Positions 28,826 through 38,952 of a stretch of DNA of 64,000 nucleotides are shown here, in pieces. The stretch spans positions 107,518 to 171,517 of the IMG/VR virus record IMGVR_UViG_3300010885_057925. One strand, written 5' to 3'. This DNA is from a virus. The translations under genes and the position numbers were made by a program. The stretch's first letter is position 1. Every line of letters begins with the position of its first letter. A model generated the notes under the pieces. That model made no database searches, was not told the origin of the DNA, and saw only the letters and a program-made list of their open reading frames with translations.

Positions 28826-30688
28826 TTAACCGTATTCTTTGACCATTGTTTCGACCATGTCTGAGTACTTCTTCTGCTGCTCATTGTCACGGCTCTTAGA
28901 TTTAGTGACAATACGCGCCATGTCCTTGACTGAAGCGATGAGATAACCCTCAATAGCTTCCTTGAGTGGCTCGTAAGACTTGTAGTCAACTTTCTGGCCG
29001 CGACGCATCTTGGCAAACATGAAAGCTGTCACATCAGCCCTGAAACCGTCACGCGCAGAGCCTGTGATTCCGATCTGCTCTTCGATAGACTGCAGGAACC
29101 TCTCGTCTGGGGCGCGATCTTCTGAGGTAACACGATCCTTCAACTTCTGCTTTGTCGTGTAAGCCTCAGCGTTGTCCATGTAGTTATCGAACAGTGACTG
29201 CGCTTGCTCTGAGTACGCCGTGACGAATGCCTTGGCAATCTCACCTTCGAGGATCTTGAGGTACTCCTCACGGATTGTCTTCTGGAGGATCTCGAGGTAG
29301 ACTTTCTTCTTGTCTTCGTCAACAATCTGCTCTTTCACTTGCTTGATAAGAGCTTCAACAACTCGCATGGGCGTGATGAAGCTCTTATCAGAATCGGTTA
29401 GAGCTGAGTCGATCGCCTTGGTAATGAAACGAGTCGAGATGCCGTCCATCCCCTCATGACGTGCTTCCTCACGAAGGTCCTTAATGTCAACTTTCTTAGT
29501 ACGACCCTTCTCAACAACTTCTTGACCGTCGTAGATCTTCATCTTGGTAAGAAGGTCACACTTTTGAGACTGACGAAGGCGGCTCATGACAGAGAACATT
29601 GCTGCAACCTTGATGGTGTGGGGAGCAATGTGGGCCCTGAAGTCAGAGCGACGAAGCATCTTGTCATAGATCTTCATCTCCTGGGTGAGCTCAAGGACGT
29701 AAGGGACCTCAATCTTCACAACACGGTCAAGGATAGCCTCGTTGGTGTGCTCTGACTTGAAACGATTCCACTCGGACTCATTGCAGTGCGAGATGATAAC
29801 ACCATCGAAGTAGAGCATTGAGTTCTTGCCAGGCGTCGGGACCTGCTTCTCCTGTGTCGCTGTGAGGATCGTGTGTAGGAACTCGATCTCGTTCTTAAAG
29901 ATCTCAACAAATTCCACCACGCCACGATTACCGACGTTAAAGGCACCGTTGAGATTGAGGACACGAGGGTCATCCTCGGAGAACTTGTCGAGCTTCGAGA
30001 TATCTTCAGAGCCAACGAGGGCGGAGACATCCTGAGAGTTTGCGTCCATCGGAGGAACAACGGCGATACCACGCCGGGCACGCTGAGAGAAGGAGGAGCG
30101 AACAACCGGGAATTTCTCATATTCACCGTTGAAGTCATTCATCAGCCTGAATCGACAGACTGGGCAAAGATCGCCCTCGATATGAACCCCTAGAACTTCC
30201 TCAAACTGACCACGCAGAGACCTCGGCAGGAGGTGCAAAGGCTCCTCCCTGACCGGACACCCATCTAAATGATAGATGGGCTCTGCGGCCTTCTCAAGTG
30301 CCTTCTTGACACCGTCTGCGAGAGCACTCTTTCCAGATCCGACTGGTCCCATGAGAAGGAGAACCTGACGGCTCTCCTCTCCCTTCAAAGACGCAGACTT
30401 CAGGAATCGCATGAGCTTAGCGATAACTCTTTCGTGACCGTAGAAGTCATCTTTAAAGTAGTTGTAGGTACGAAGCTTATCACTGTCGAAAAGCTTTCTG
30501 CAACGCGGGTCGTTGTCTTCGAGTGATTCAACACCGTATGATTCGATAGCGTCGACAAGACGACGAGCTGCAAGCTTGGTGACCGCCGGGTTTGTCTCAA
30601 CCAACTTCAGGTAATCGATAAACGTACCAGTCCAAGATTCTTTTGCCGACTCTTTACGCTGGTTCTTGATAATCTTAAGGAAATCCAT
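28826..30688 (-). CDS. prkA: PrkA/YeaG AAA+ ATPase (serine kinase family); in-frame TAA, natural end probably 28763
   Basis: GPVGSGKS Walker A, CPVREEPL, NRGVVEFVE, GISTRF. Confidence 0.93.
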   Translation of the reverse strand: MDFLKIIKNQRKESAKESWTGTFIDYLKLVETNPAVTKLAARRLVDAIESYGVESLEDNDPRCRKLFDSDKLRTYNYFKDDFYGHERVIAKLMRFLKSASLKGEESRQVLLLMGPVGSGKSALADGVKKALEKAAEPIYHLDGCPVREEPLHLLPRSLRGQFEEVLGVHIEGDLCPVCRFRLMNDFNGEYEKFPVVRSSFSQRARRGIAVVPPMDANSQDVSALVGSEDISKLDKFSEDDPRVLNLNGAFNVGNRGVVEFVEIFKNEIEFLHTILTATQEKQVPTPGKNSMLYFDGVIISHCNESEWNRFKSEHTNEAILDRVVKIEVPYVLELTQEMKIYDKMLRRSDFRAHIAPHTIKVAAMFSVMSRLRQSQKCDLLTKMKIYDGQEVVEKGRTKKVDIKDLREEARHEGMDGISTRFITKAIDSALTDSDKSFITPMRVVEALIKQVKEQIVDEDKKKVYLEILQKTIREEYLKILEGEIAKAFVTAYSEQAQSLFDNYMDNAEAYTTKQKLKDRVTSEDRAPDERFLQSIEEQIGITGSARDGFRADVTAFMFAKMRRGQKVDYKSYEPLKEAIEGYLIASVKDMARIVTKSKSRDNEQQKKYSDMVETMVKEYG

Positions 30689-30709
30689 CAGAAACTCTCC
30701 TGTATTAAA

Positions 30710-32023
30710 TTATGAGACTTCAAAGGGTTCGTCTTCGAGAATTGTGAACAATTGCACAGGACCCTTCCACAGTTCTTTTATTTTCTTGACGCAATTGTCA
30801 GCGTAATCAAGTTCAAGGTCACGTCCATCATGCTCATGACGTAGAATGAGCGTGTCTTTTTTGACTTCATCAACGTAGATCACGGGTATTGAATTACCTC
30901 CGACACCGTTAATCAGAGTTCTCTTTACATTATCCCAACCGTCTTCGTCAGATATATCTCTGATTGTCCAGTCAGGATTTTTTCCTTTTTCGGGAGCGTA
31001 TGTGAAAAGATTAAGCTCTTCGCCAAGCTCACGATCAAGATACTGCCATAGGAAATTTTCATCAGAGCATGCTTCTCTTGCGATAAAGCACTCATCAATT
31101 CCCTTCTCTCTCTCTATCTTCTTGAAGACCTCAAACCCAAGGTGGTACGGGTTGATGCGACCGGGCCATGGTCTAAGAACAAGGTTGTGACTCTTAAGGA
31201 AGGGAATATGCATCGAGTCTGGAAGCTGGAGGTCATGAACTATCCTGTAGTGCCAGAATGATGCCCACCCCTCGTTCATCACTTTCGTCTTGATTTGAGG
31301 CCAGAAGTACTTCGCTTCATCTCTAATGACAGAGATGATATCGCGCTCCCAAGGCTCTAGATCTCTACAATTCTCAGCTATGAAGCCCAGAACATCGTAT
31401 TCTATCTGCAAAGGTCTCTTGTCAGGATTCAGATTCGCGTACTTTTTAGGATCTTTCTTCTTGAGATCTAGAATTTCATTTCTAATTTCAAAGTCATCAC
31501 GCTTGAATCTAGGCTTTCTATCAACCTGATACTGAAGAACGTGACAAGCGTCTATGACTCTTTCAACGTTTTCTACTCCGATAGAAGGGTCTTCAACGTA
31601 TGACTGGAATCGCTTCTTGGCGTTTCTCAATCTCTGTATGATGTGATCGGGGTCAGTGTCTTTGAAAGTTATATTGTTCTTAAAGAAATCGCTGTGTCCA
31701 ACACAGTGAGCCATGATGAGAACCTGCAGGTACAGCTGATTCTCCTGCATTAGATAAGCAATCGATGGGTTTGAGTTGATGATCAGCTCGTACGGGAGCC
31801 CCTCAGCTCCAGCGTTATACATGAAATGAGTTCTCTCGAACGTCTTTCCGTACGACCAGTGACCGTAATGGCTCGGCATGCCGTGATAAGACATGTGTCC
31901 GATCATCTCTCGATAATCGCATGTCTCATACGAGATTGGGTACCAATCGAGACCGTGACCGCGAGCGATCTCGCAGATCTTTTCGTCCCACTGCTCTAGA
32001 TCTTTGACGCTCCAATCGCTCAT
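30710..32023 (-). CDS. spoVR: SpoVR/YcgB family protein
   Basis: HWSYGK, YELIINSNP, AHCVGHSDFFKNN, TKVMNEGWASFWH, NPYHLG. Confidence 0.93.
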   Translation of the reverse strand: MSDWSVKDLEQWDEKICEIARGHGLDWYPISYETCDYREMIGHMSYHGMPSHYGHWSYGKTFERTHFMYNAGAEGLPYELIINSNPSIAYLMQENQLYLQVLIMAHCVGHSDFFKNNITFKDTDPDHIIQRLRNAKKRFQSYVEDPSIGVENVERVIDACHVLQYQVDRKPRFKRDDFEIRNEILDLKKKDPKKYANLNPDKRPLQIEYDVLGFIAENCRDLEPWERDIISVIRDEAKYFWPQIKTKVMNEGWASFWHYRIVHDLQLPDSMHIPFLKSHNLVLRPWPGRINPYHLGFEVFKKIEREKGIDECFIAREACSDENFLWQYLDRELGEELNLFTYAPEKGKNPDWTIRDISDEDGWDNVKRTLINGVGGNSIPVIYVDEVKKDTLILRHEHDGRDLELDYADNCVKKIKELWKGPVQLFTILEDEPFEVS

Positions 32024-33207
32024 GTCTTACCTCCAAATAGCCTGTTGAATGTTGGCCAGATGTCCTGCGCCGACTTGAGCATAGCGACTCTGAATTTCTT
32101 TCCATCATCAATTTTAGAAACTGAGTTCCAAAATGACATAGAGCGATCAGCTTCCCACGCCATACGCTCAGAATCAGGACAAACTTCGCAGTAGCATGTC
32201 ATTTGAGAAATATCAGATAGCTCTCTGAACGCGTCGATCGCAGCGCTGTTGTCCTCCGACCAGTTGTCTCCGTCTGTGCAATGGAACGCGTAGATATTCC
32301 ACGACGAAGGGTGGAAGCGCTTGTTGATGATTTCAAGAGCTAACTTCGGAGCTGAAGAAATATGAGTTCCGCCAGAAGCTCCGCGCTTGAAGAATGAATC
32401 CTCGTCAGTTTCAAAAGCTTCCGTTGTATGACCGATGAAGATTATTTGAATCGATTCGTACTTGTGACGAAGGAACTGGTACAAAAGGAAAAAGAAAGAT
32501 CTAGCGATGAACTTGATGTTAGTCGTCATCGATCCCGAGACGTCCATCATGAAGAATATGACGGCGCTCGTTGCCTCTTTCGGCTTTTCTTTGATGTGAT
32601 GAAAAGAAAGATCATCATCGTGAAATGGAAATACTTCCTCTCCCGTAATCGGATCAATCTCAATATCACCCGATCTCTTCGCTGCTGCCTTACGCTTTAG
32701 ACGATTGATCGTCGATTCACGTTTGTCTAAGCGTGGCATGATTCCATGAGGACGATTACCATGTCTCTTTGTTTTGAACTCTTTGATCTCACGAAGCTTC
32801 TTTTTCTCAAGCTCCGGAAGACCCAAAGAGTCGAACAAGTATGACGCTAGCTCGTCAAGGCTAATCTCAACTTCGTAGAATTCTTCGCCCTTGTCTTTTC
32901 CGGCTTTATTTCCCTGACCCTGCTCTTGTTTTTGTCCTTTTTTCACGACCTGGCCATTCTGAATGTCAGTTCCAGGCGCTGATCCCGCCTGTTTGTTATC
33001 AGCGTTAGGCCCATAGACAAACTGCCATTCTTTGATTCCGCGGACCGGAATCTTTACTTTCTTCTTTCCGTCCTGCCCGATGATTGACTCTTCCGCGACA
33101 ATGTTATGTACACCCTCACGAATTGCCTTTTCAATCTTCTGCTTATGACGAGAACGGTCAGACGCCGAACGATCTGCTGAAGCTTCGTGTTGTTTGAAAG
33201 TAGACAT
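32020..33207 (-). CDS. yeaH: YeaH/YhbH (DUF444) vWA-domain protein
   Basis: DRSRH N-terminus, MDVSGSM MIDAS motif, SGGT, WNIYAFHCTDGDNW. Confidence 0.92.
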   Translation of the reverse strand: MSTFKQHEASADRSASDRSRHKQKIEKAIREGVHNIVAEESIIGQDGKKKVKIPVRGIKEWQFVYGPNADNKQAGSAPGTDIQNGQVVKKGQKQEQGQGNKAGKDKGEEFYEVEISLDELASYLFDSLGLPELEKKKLREIKEFKTKRHGNRPHGIMPRLDKRESTINRLKRKAAAKRSGDIEIDPITGEEVFPFHDDDLSFHHIKEKPKEATSAVIFFMMDVSGSMTTNIKFIARSFFFLLYQFLRHKYESIQIIFIGHTTEAFETDEDSFFKRGASGGTHISSAPKLALEIINKRFHPSSWNIYAFHCTDGDNWSEDNSAAIDAFRELSDISQMTCYCEVCPDSERMAWEADRSMSFWNSVSKIDDGKKFRVAMLKSAQDIWPTFNRLFGGKT

Positions 33208-33213
33208 CTGTTA

Positions 33214-33639
33214 CTAACTAGCACCTTCGACGCGGTCTTGCGCCCACTGAATAGCAGGTACGAGATACGGATAACAGCGTTGTTTCATGACGTCCCAAGT
33301 GAGCCAGTGAAAACCATCGTGTTCATATCGATTTGTTTCTGGATTGGGAAGTATAACAGGATCCTGGTCGGTAGAAGCCAGAAAGACTATCACATCTTTA
33401 TGAGATCTTTCGAGAATCTTCGGAGCCTGGCCCCATTTCATGTCAGACGTAGCCACAGAGATTCCAGCTTCCTCTTTGCATTCTCTGAAAGCTCCGTCCA
33501 GGTCACTCTCACCAGGTTCAACATGACCCTTCGGTATGTCTATTTTCCCGTAGACTCTAAGCCCAAGAACTCTCCAACCATCCGCTTCTTTACGAACTAT
33601 GATAAACCCGGCCGATCTTTCTTTCTTTTTCTTAGACAT
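33214..33639 (-). CDS. Nudix hydrolase (Ap4A hydrolase-like)
   Basis: PKGHVEPGESDLDGAFRECKEEAGI Nudix box. Confidence 0.9.
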   Translation of the reverse strand: MSKKKKERSAGFIIVRKEADGWRVLGLRVYGKIDIPKGHVEPGESDLDGAFRECKEEAGISVATSDMKWGQAPKILERSHKDVIVFLASTDQDPVILPNPETNRYEHDGFHWLTWDVMKQRCYPYLVPAIQWAQDRVEGAS

Positions 33640-33673
33640 ACGACTACTCTCTTTCTGTAATCGTAACTAAAAA

Positions 33674-34018
33674 TCAGCGGGAGTAATCGTCGGAAATTCT
33701 CACAACATCATCTAATTCTGGGGTTGAGACCTCGACGAGAATCACGTCATTTCCAGCGGCAGAGAACCTGTGAATGGTCTTGGGGGTGACATGATATACC
33801 TCTCCTGGGTCGAGATACATTTCAACTAAATCAGTCCCTGTTCCAAGCTCAAGAAGCAATCTACCGCTAAGAACTCTGATTGTCTCTTCTTTAATTTCGT
33901 GGTACTGCCTCGAAAGCCTGTGACCTTCAGTAATATACAGGTACTTACCCACGTATTTCGGGGTCTCTGCCCAGATCTCTTCTTTGCCCCAAGGCTTTTG
34001 AACTGTTCTCATGTTCAA
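33674..34018 (-). CDS. Cupin protein (mannose-6-phosphate isomerase C-terminal-like)
   Basis: KPWG, LSRQYH..KEET, IHRF, EVSTPELDDVVR..DDY. Confidence 0.85.
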   Translation of the reverse strand: MNMRTVQKPWGKEEIWAETPKYVGKYLYITEGHRLSRQYHEIKEETIRVLSGRLLLELGTGTDLVEMYLDPGEVYHVTPKTIHRFSAAGNDVILVEVSTPELDDVVRISDDYSR

Positions 34019-34034
34019 ATTTTAAACTTCTGGG

Positions 34035-34517
34035 TCAACGATAAATCTCGTCTCTACCTTTTTTAGAAGCGTACAGGCTCAACATTGATCCGCCGAAAAT
34101 GTTTGCGTCAAATTCGATCGGATTGAGATGATGCGGGGGCATTTTTCTTGGAATTAAGTCAACTTCGTGTTGCTTTAGATGAAAAGCTTCATGAGCAATT
34201 GATCTAAGAATGTCGGCCAGAGATCTTGAGGCGCAGTATATCCTGATATTTTTCTGAGGATACGAGCAAATCGCTGTCGTCATGATTTTGGATTTTTTAC
34301 GATCCAAAGCAAGATAACAGCGATATGTTTCATTTAGCTGCAAGACTTTCGCGCACTGGTCTAGAAAGTCTTTGACTATTTTAATATCTCTCCGATTCAT
34401 TTCACAGTCTCTGCTGATCATGAGCTTAAAAGAGCTTGAATCTAACTCTGACATTTCTTCATTGTCAAAGAGAGTCAGATTTTTCAAAACGTCATTAAGC
34501 AGCTCGGAGGATTTCAT
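34035..34517 (-). CDS. Hypothetical protein with HExxH (zincin-like) motif
   Basis: LRSIAHEAFHLKQ...IEFDAN. Confidence 0.6.
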   Translation of the reverse strand: MKSSELLNDVLKNLTLFDNEEMSELDSSSFKLMISRDCEMNRRDIKIVKDFLDQCAKVLQLNETYRCYLALDRKKSKIMTTAICSYPQKNIRIYCASRSLADILRSIAHEAFHLKQHEVDLIPRKMPPHHLNPIEFDANIFGGSMLSLYASKKGRDEIYR

Positions 34518-34520
34518 CTT

Positions 34521-35006
34521 TCACTTCTTTATTGCTTTAACTAGGTCGGACGAAGACTGAATCTTTCCTCCTCCAACACCAAAAATCACCTGAGTTCCCA
34601 TAGATTCGCAAAGATCAAATTCGGGAACATTGCCGGCAGCATCTCGATCGCCGCCCTTCGTAAACGCGAACGGCTTTAGAATTTTTAACGCTTCTGTCAC
34701 AGTCTGGCTTCCATCATCCCAAGGAACTACGTAATCGACCCCACGGACGCCAGCTATGATCTCCATTCTCTCAATTTCAGGCATGAAAGCGTATCCCTTC
34801 TTGCGAAGCAAAAACCCGTCACCGTTCACAATCACGGCGAGACGGGTCTTTCCTCCGACTTTCTGGGTAAGATCGGCAGATTCAATTAAGCAACGAAGGT
34901 GTCCAACGTGCATCGGGTCAAAACCACCAGATGTGACAATCAAACGCTCGTTGTAGATGTCTGCATGAGCTCTAAGATCTTCAACTGATTCAAAAATTTC
35001 TGCCAT
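34521..35006 (-). CDS. Cytidylyltransferase-like protein
   Basis: SGGFDPMHVGH, KGGDR, KIQSSS. Confidence 0.85.
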   Translation of the reverse strand: MAEIFESVEDLRAHADIYNERLIVTSGGFDPMHVGHLRCLIESADLTQKVGGKTRLAVIVNGDGFLLRKKGYAFMPEIERMEIIAGVRGVDYVVPWDDGSQTVTEALKILKPFAFTKGGDRDAAGNVPEFDLCESMGTQVIFGVGGGKIQSSSDLVKAIKK

Positions 35007-35014
35007 TTTAACTC

Positions 35015-36652
35015 CTACGTCTTGTGAATCGAATCGCGGAACGACTCTGGGAACATGTCCCGCTGCTGTCCGTAAAATCTATCCCAGTCGGAGTCCAAGA
35101 TATAGGAAACGGCATGATCGTCTGCAGAGCGAATAGAGCGCCCGAGTGACTGGATGATGGTCTTTGCCGTCTGAAGTGGGTACCACCAGCTCCACTTACG
35201 CATCCGCTTTTGAACCAGCTTGTCACCGAGATAAGGATACGGAACCTTACAGATGATCTGGAATCGGCTGAGGTTGCCCTTGAGGTCAACTCCCTCTGTC
35301 ATTGACGGAGTCACTAGAACAGTGGGCTCTTTGCTGCTGATGTGCTGATTGAGAACGTCCTCGCGATCCTCAGATTTATGAGTGAGAAGTCTCTTGCTTC
35401 TGATGTTCTTCATAATGTAACTCGAGACCTTGTACGAGTGACAGTGAATGATCCCCTTCTCGTTTGGGTGCGCCGCGAGAATTTGACGAACAGCTTCCGC
35501 AAGCTTAGGAAGAGTGTTGTCAATTTCGGCGGCGCTCATCTTACCGATGGAGCTCACAAGAACTGGTCTATTTTCAACAGGGAACGGAGAGGGCAAACTG
35601 ATGAATGCTGCATCACCAAGCGGGATTCCGAGGCTCTCACAAAACGCTCTCTGGTTGAGAATAGTCGCCGAGAGCATCAAAACTTTTTGACCAAACCTGA
35701 AAAGAGATTGTTCAGAATAAGGAGAGATGTCGATCGGCTTGAACTCGATCCTTCGAGTCTTCTTGTCCTCAGCCTCTGCGACGTTTAGCACCCAATTGTC
35801 TTCATCGAAAAGATCGATGAATCGATTTACCTTGCACATGTGCTTGTCAAGCATTTCAATCTGACGAGAGAGAGCATCAAACTCTTTCACTTTTTCGCGT
35901 AGACCGGCATGCTGCTCGAACATCGACTCAATATGTTTCAAGTGAGACGTGAGCTTCACAACGTAGACGTTCTTGATCCAGTCAAATGCTGCTCTCTCGC
36001 TGTTGAGAGTTTTGGGCATCTGAAGGTTAAGAACAGTCTGCGCAAACTTTTCAGAAACTGATACTTCGATGAACTTGCTGAGTTCAGAGTCAGAGTTGTG
36101 AGCTTCATCGATGACAAGAACATCTCGAGGTAGGAGCTTACCGGCGTATGTCGTTTCAGCCATGAAGTAGGAGAAGTTAGTAATGGATTCCGGAGACTCC
36201 ATGAACTTTCCCTTTGCTTCCTTGTAGTTGCAGCTGAAAGAGCACGTGCGGAAGAATTTGGAAGTCTTATCCTGCTCCAGCTTCAATAGTCGTTGAGATT
36301 CACCGCAAGATTGCTTCTTGTGATACTTACACTGGTAATTTGAGCTCGACTTGATCGACGTCATCGGACCCTTACACCCGCCGAAGTCGTCAAGGTACTG
36401 CTCCTGCAGAATCTTCTGCGTTGTGAGAAAATAAGAGCCTCGCTTGTAATCTTCGGTAGGGCTAAGCCAGCTCGATAGAGCTCGTGAAATGCAAACTCCG
36501 ATTGCCGACTTTCCAACTCCAGTTCCAGCCTCGATGATAACAAATCTCTTTCCACTCTCAAACTCATTGAGAGCAAACTCGATCGCTTCGCGTTGTTGAT
36601 CTCGAATTTGACCGAACGGAAAATGACTTTCGTACTTGATCATTGGGCTCAC
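35015..36652 (-). CDS. DinG/XPD-like SF2 helicase
   Basis: AGTGVGKS, DEAH, LSAT, EGVD, KVPYP, QSLGRSIRS..D. Confidence 0.9.
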   Translation of the reverse strand: MSPMIKYESHFPFGQIRDQQREAIEFALNEFESGKRFVIIEAGTGVGKSAIGVCISRALSSWLSPTEDYKRGSYFLTTQKILQEQYLDDFGGCKGPMTSIKSSSNYQCKYHKKQSCGESQRLLKLEQDKTSKFFRTCSFSCNYKEAKGKFMESPESITNFSYFMAETTYAGKLLPRDVLVIDEAHNSDSELSKFIEVSVSEKFAQTVLNLQMPKTLNSERAAFDWIKNVYVVKLTSHLKHIESMFEQHAGLREKVKEFDALSRQIEMLDKHMCKVNRFIDLFDEDNWVLNVAEAEDKKTRRIEFKPIDISPYSEQSLFRFGQKVLMLSATILNQRAFCESLGIPLGDAAFISLPSPFPVENRPVLVSSIGKMSAAEIDNTLPKLAEAVRQILAAHPNEKGIIHCHSYKVSSYIMKNIRSKRLLTHKSEDREDVLNQHISSKEPTVLVTPSMTEGVDLKGNLSRFQIICKVPYPYLGDKLVQKRMRKWSWWYPLQTAKTIIQSLGRSIRSADDHAVSYILDSDWDRFYGQQRDMFPESFRDSIHKT

Positions 36653-36745
36653 TTTTAGTTTGAAGTTTGAGTTAAACTACCTTCTACATTTTAAGCTTCA
36701 CGCTCAAGAAGAATAGATATAAATGGAATAATAATAACATAGAGA

Positions 36746-37432
36746 ATGGAGGGCGCGATGAAGATACTAGCTGTATTACTGATGATGGTCGGATGCAATG
36801 AAGCGAGGCTCATCCCAAATCAGCAAAGCTTTGTCTACATACGAACTCAGTCGATTGAGGATGAAAAAGACTGCGAAGGTGAGGATTGCTCTCTTAAGAT
36901 CATAACGAGCAGCGGATCCGGATCAGTGATTCGTCATCACAATCATAACACCTACGTCCTCACTGCTGGTCATGTATGTGAGACCCCAGACCCGAGCGTA
37001 ACGATCGCAATAGCCGTCGATAGCGCTGGAAACGCTCACGACATCGAAAGGTCAAGATACTCTAAAGATCCGGACCTGTGCATCATGAAGTCTCTCGGTC
37101 TGTGGGGGATTCCATTGAAATTTTCAAACTCTTCAACGGGACTAAAGTACGGAGACAAAGTCGTCTCTATGTCAGCACCGAACGGGATATTCTCAAAGAA
37201 TATGGTCCCGTTATTCAGCGGAATGTACTCTGGTAACCTGCAAAATGGAGATAACGTGTACACACTCCCAGCGATGGCTGGAGCCAGCGGGTCGGCTGTA
37301 CTGAATGATAAGCTTGAGATCATTTCGGTGATTCATTCTGCAGCGAAGGGATTTCAGCACATCGCTATCGGAACAAGCCCCCAACGCCTCGATCAATTTA
37401 TGAATAGCACAAGAGATTTCATCGAAGAATAG
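36746..37432 (+). CDS. Trypsin-like serine protease (lipoprotein)
   Basis: Lipobox-like VGC; LTAGHVC, DLC, GASGS catalytic triad motifs. Confidence 0.85.
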   Translation: MEGAMKILAVLLMMVGCNEARLIPNQQSFVYIRTQSIEDEKDCEGEDCSLKIITSSGSGSVIRHHNHNTYVLTAGHVCETPDPSVTIAIAVDSAGNAHDIERSRYSKDPDLCIMKSLGLWGIPLKFSNSSTGLKYGDKVVSMSAPNGIFSKNMVPLFSGMYSGNLQNGDNVYTLPAMAGASGSAVLNDKLEIISVIHSAAKGFQHIAIGTSPQRLDQFMNSTRDFIEE

Positions 37433-37438
37433 ATTCGA

Positions 37439-37726
37439 TTACTGTTGAGACTCGTCGTTCGCTAAAAGAGAACGATACGCTCTTTCAGCACGATCTCTAG
37501 CCCAGAAAGATGCATCACTCTCTGTCTTGAAACGTCTGCTAGGAGTGCTGAGGTCATCTCTGTCTTTCACTGTTACACTCGCGAAATAACAATCATTGAC
37601 CGGGTCGGCAGTGACAACAACATGAACTCCCGGAAAGTCGCGCCAGTTCATGGTGTCAGGTCTGGGAGATTTTAGATCTCTACCGATCTCTTCTCTAATT
37701 AGATTTCTCAGCAACGAGATCGTCAT
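37439..37726 (-). CDS. Hypothetical protein with LRxIIREE-type leader
   Basis: MTISLLRNLIREEIG. Confidence 0.65.
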   Translation of the reverse strand: MTISLLRNLIREEIGRDLKSPRPDTMNWRDFPGVHVVVTADPVNDCYFASVTVKDRDDLSTPSRRFKTESDASFWARDRAERAYRSLLANDESQQ

Positions 37727-37840
37727 AGCGATCTCTCAATCTCTTTGATATCTTTTATGCTGGACAGTATAATCCGCGCCGCTTCCGGATCGGTCTTGGC
37801 GAGCTTCCTGACTATCAATTCTAGATCTTTTATTGCTCTT

Positions 37841-38101
37841 CTAGAGAGATATCTCGATCGTGCTGACTGGTTCTCGGATTGCAATCAAATCTCCAGATTG
37901 ATTTCTTCTTATAACTATCAAGCTCTCATGAGTCATCGGGCACTTTTCGAATTGAAGATCGAGCTCACCATCTAACGGAACTTTGTAGATGAAATCTTCA
38001 TTTTCGTAGTTTAGAACTGGATCGTAAAAATCCACGTCAGACGTGAGCAGAAGAGTCGTGAAGAGAGCGATAAACATAACTAAAAATCTCCGTGAACGCA
38101 A
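37841..38101 (-). CDS. Hypothetical secreted/membrane protein
   Basis: Hydrophobic N-terminus. Confidence 0.45.
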   Translation of the reverse strand: MRSRRFLVMFIALFTTLLLTSDVDFYDPVLNYENEDFIYKVPLDGELDLQFEKCPMTHESLIVIRRNQSGDLIAIREPVSTIEISL

Positions 38102-38107
38102 ATAAAT

Positions 38108-38142
38108 ATCGCAGCTTAGAGTCTAAATCTCTAAGCTGCGAT
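38108..38142. terminator. Inverted-repeat hairpin (putative terminator)
   Basis: ATCGCAGCTTAGAG/CTCTAAGCTGCGAT. Confidence 0.6.
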
Positions 38143-38168
38143 TAAATTTACATGCTACGTGTCATCTC

Positions 38169-38705
38169 TTAAGAATTTTTTTTCATAATTTCTTTCATGA
38201 TTTTAACACGTTGCTTCGCTTTACGAAGCTTGTCTTTCGGTCGCTCGATCTCGGTGCAAAAAGCGATAGTGTGTTCAGCTGCTGACGCTTCCCGCTTCTC
38301 AAGAGACATTATCTTCTTACTCTTCTTTAAAGCGCCTATGATTCTGTCTATCGACTTCTTAGTATCTTTCATTTCGTGAGGCTTCATTTTTTTTCCAAGG
38401 CCTCGTGGGTTGATTTGAAAAATGCCAAGCTCTCCCGCGGATCCGACAGCGTCGGGATTTAATTTGCTTTCAGCGTAAGCATTAACAATAGCACCCATAA
38501 TCAAGTTGTCAGAAAATCCATGAGACCGTAGCTTACGCTCGATTCCACGAGCGATATCAACCTGATCATCGTTCAAAACTAGATTGTTCGCGACTGTGAA
38601 CTCGTAGGGTTCGGGTTCGGCTCTCGAAATTTCACTTGGGTATAGGGCGATTGCGCTAATTGAAATAAAGCACAACCCATGTGCCAAGTGCGAGAGATGA
38701 TGCAT
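38169..38705 (-). CDS. Lysozyme-like/phage tail lysozyme-type muramidase (start uncertain)
   Basis: NAYAESKLNPDAVG...GIFQ...ERP. Confidence 0.7.
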   Translation of the reverse strand: MHHLSHLAHGLCFISISAIALYPSEISRAEPEPYEFTVANNLVLNDDQVDIARGIERKLRSHGFSDNLIMGAIVNAYAESKLNPDAVGSAGELGIFQINPRGLGKKMKPHEMKDTKKSIDRIIGALKKSKKIMSLEKREASAAEHTIAFCTEIERPKDKLRKAKQRVKIMKEIMKKNS

Positions 38706-38952
38706 TAACGATTGCAAGCTCAAGTCTTTCTCCTTTTGACTTTGCGTCCAGGTAAAAAAACATGTTGAACGCATTGATGAGTGGCAGAACAAATCCGAGT
38801 GAGACCGCAATCAAGACTTCTTCGTGGGCTAGTGCTATTGAGAATCTCGTTGCAAAGACGTTTGTGCACATCGAAAGTGCAAACGCAGCTAGGAGACGAA
38901 CGATCCTCTGCTTTAGTATGCTCCGTGGGTCTTTTTCCATGCGATGTCTCAC
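38656..38952 (-). CDS. Small multi-pass membrane protein
   Basis: Three hydrophobic segments. Confidence 0.55.
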   Translation of the reverse strand: MRHRMEKDPRSILKQRIVRLLAAFALSMCTNVFATRFSIALAHEEVLIAVSLGFVLPLINAFNMFFYLDAKSKGERLELAIVNASSLALGTWVVLYFN

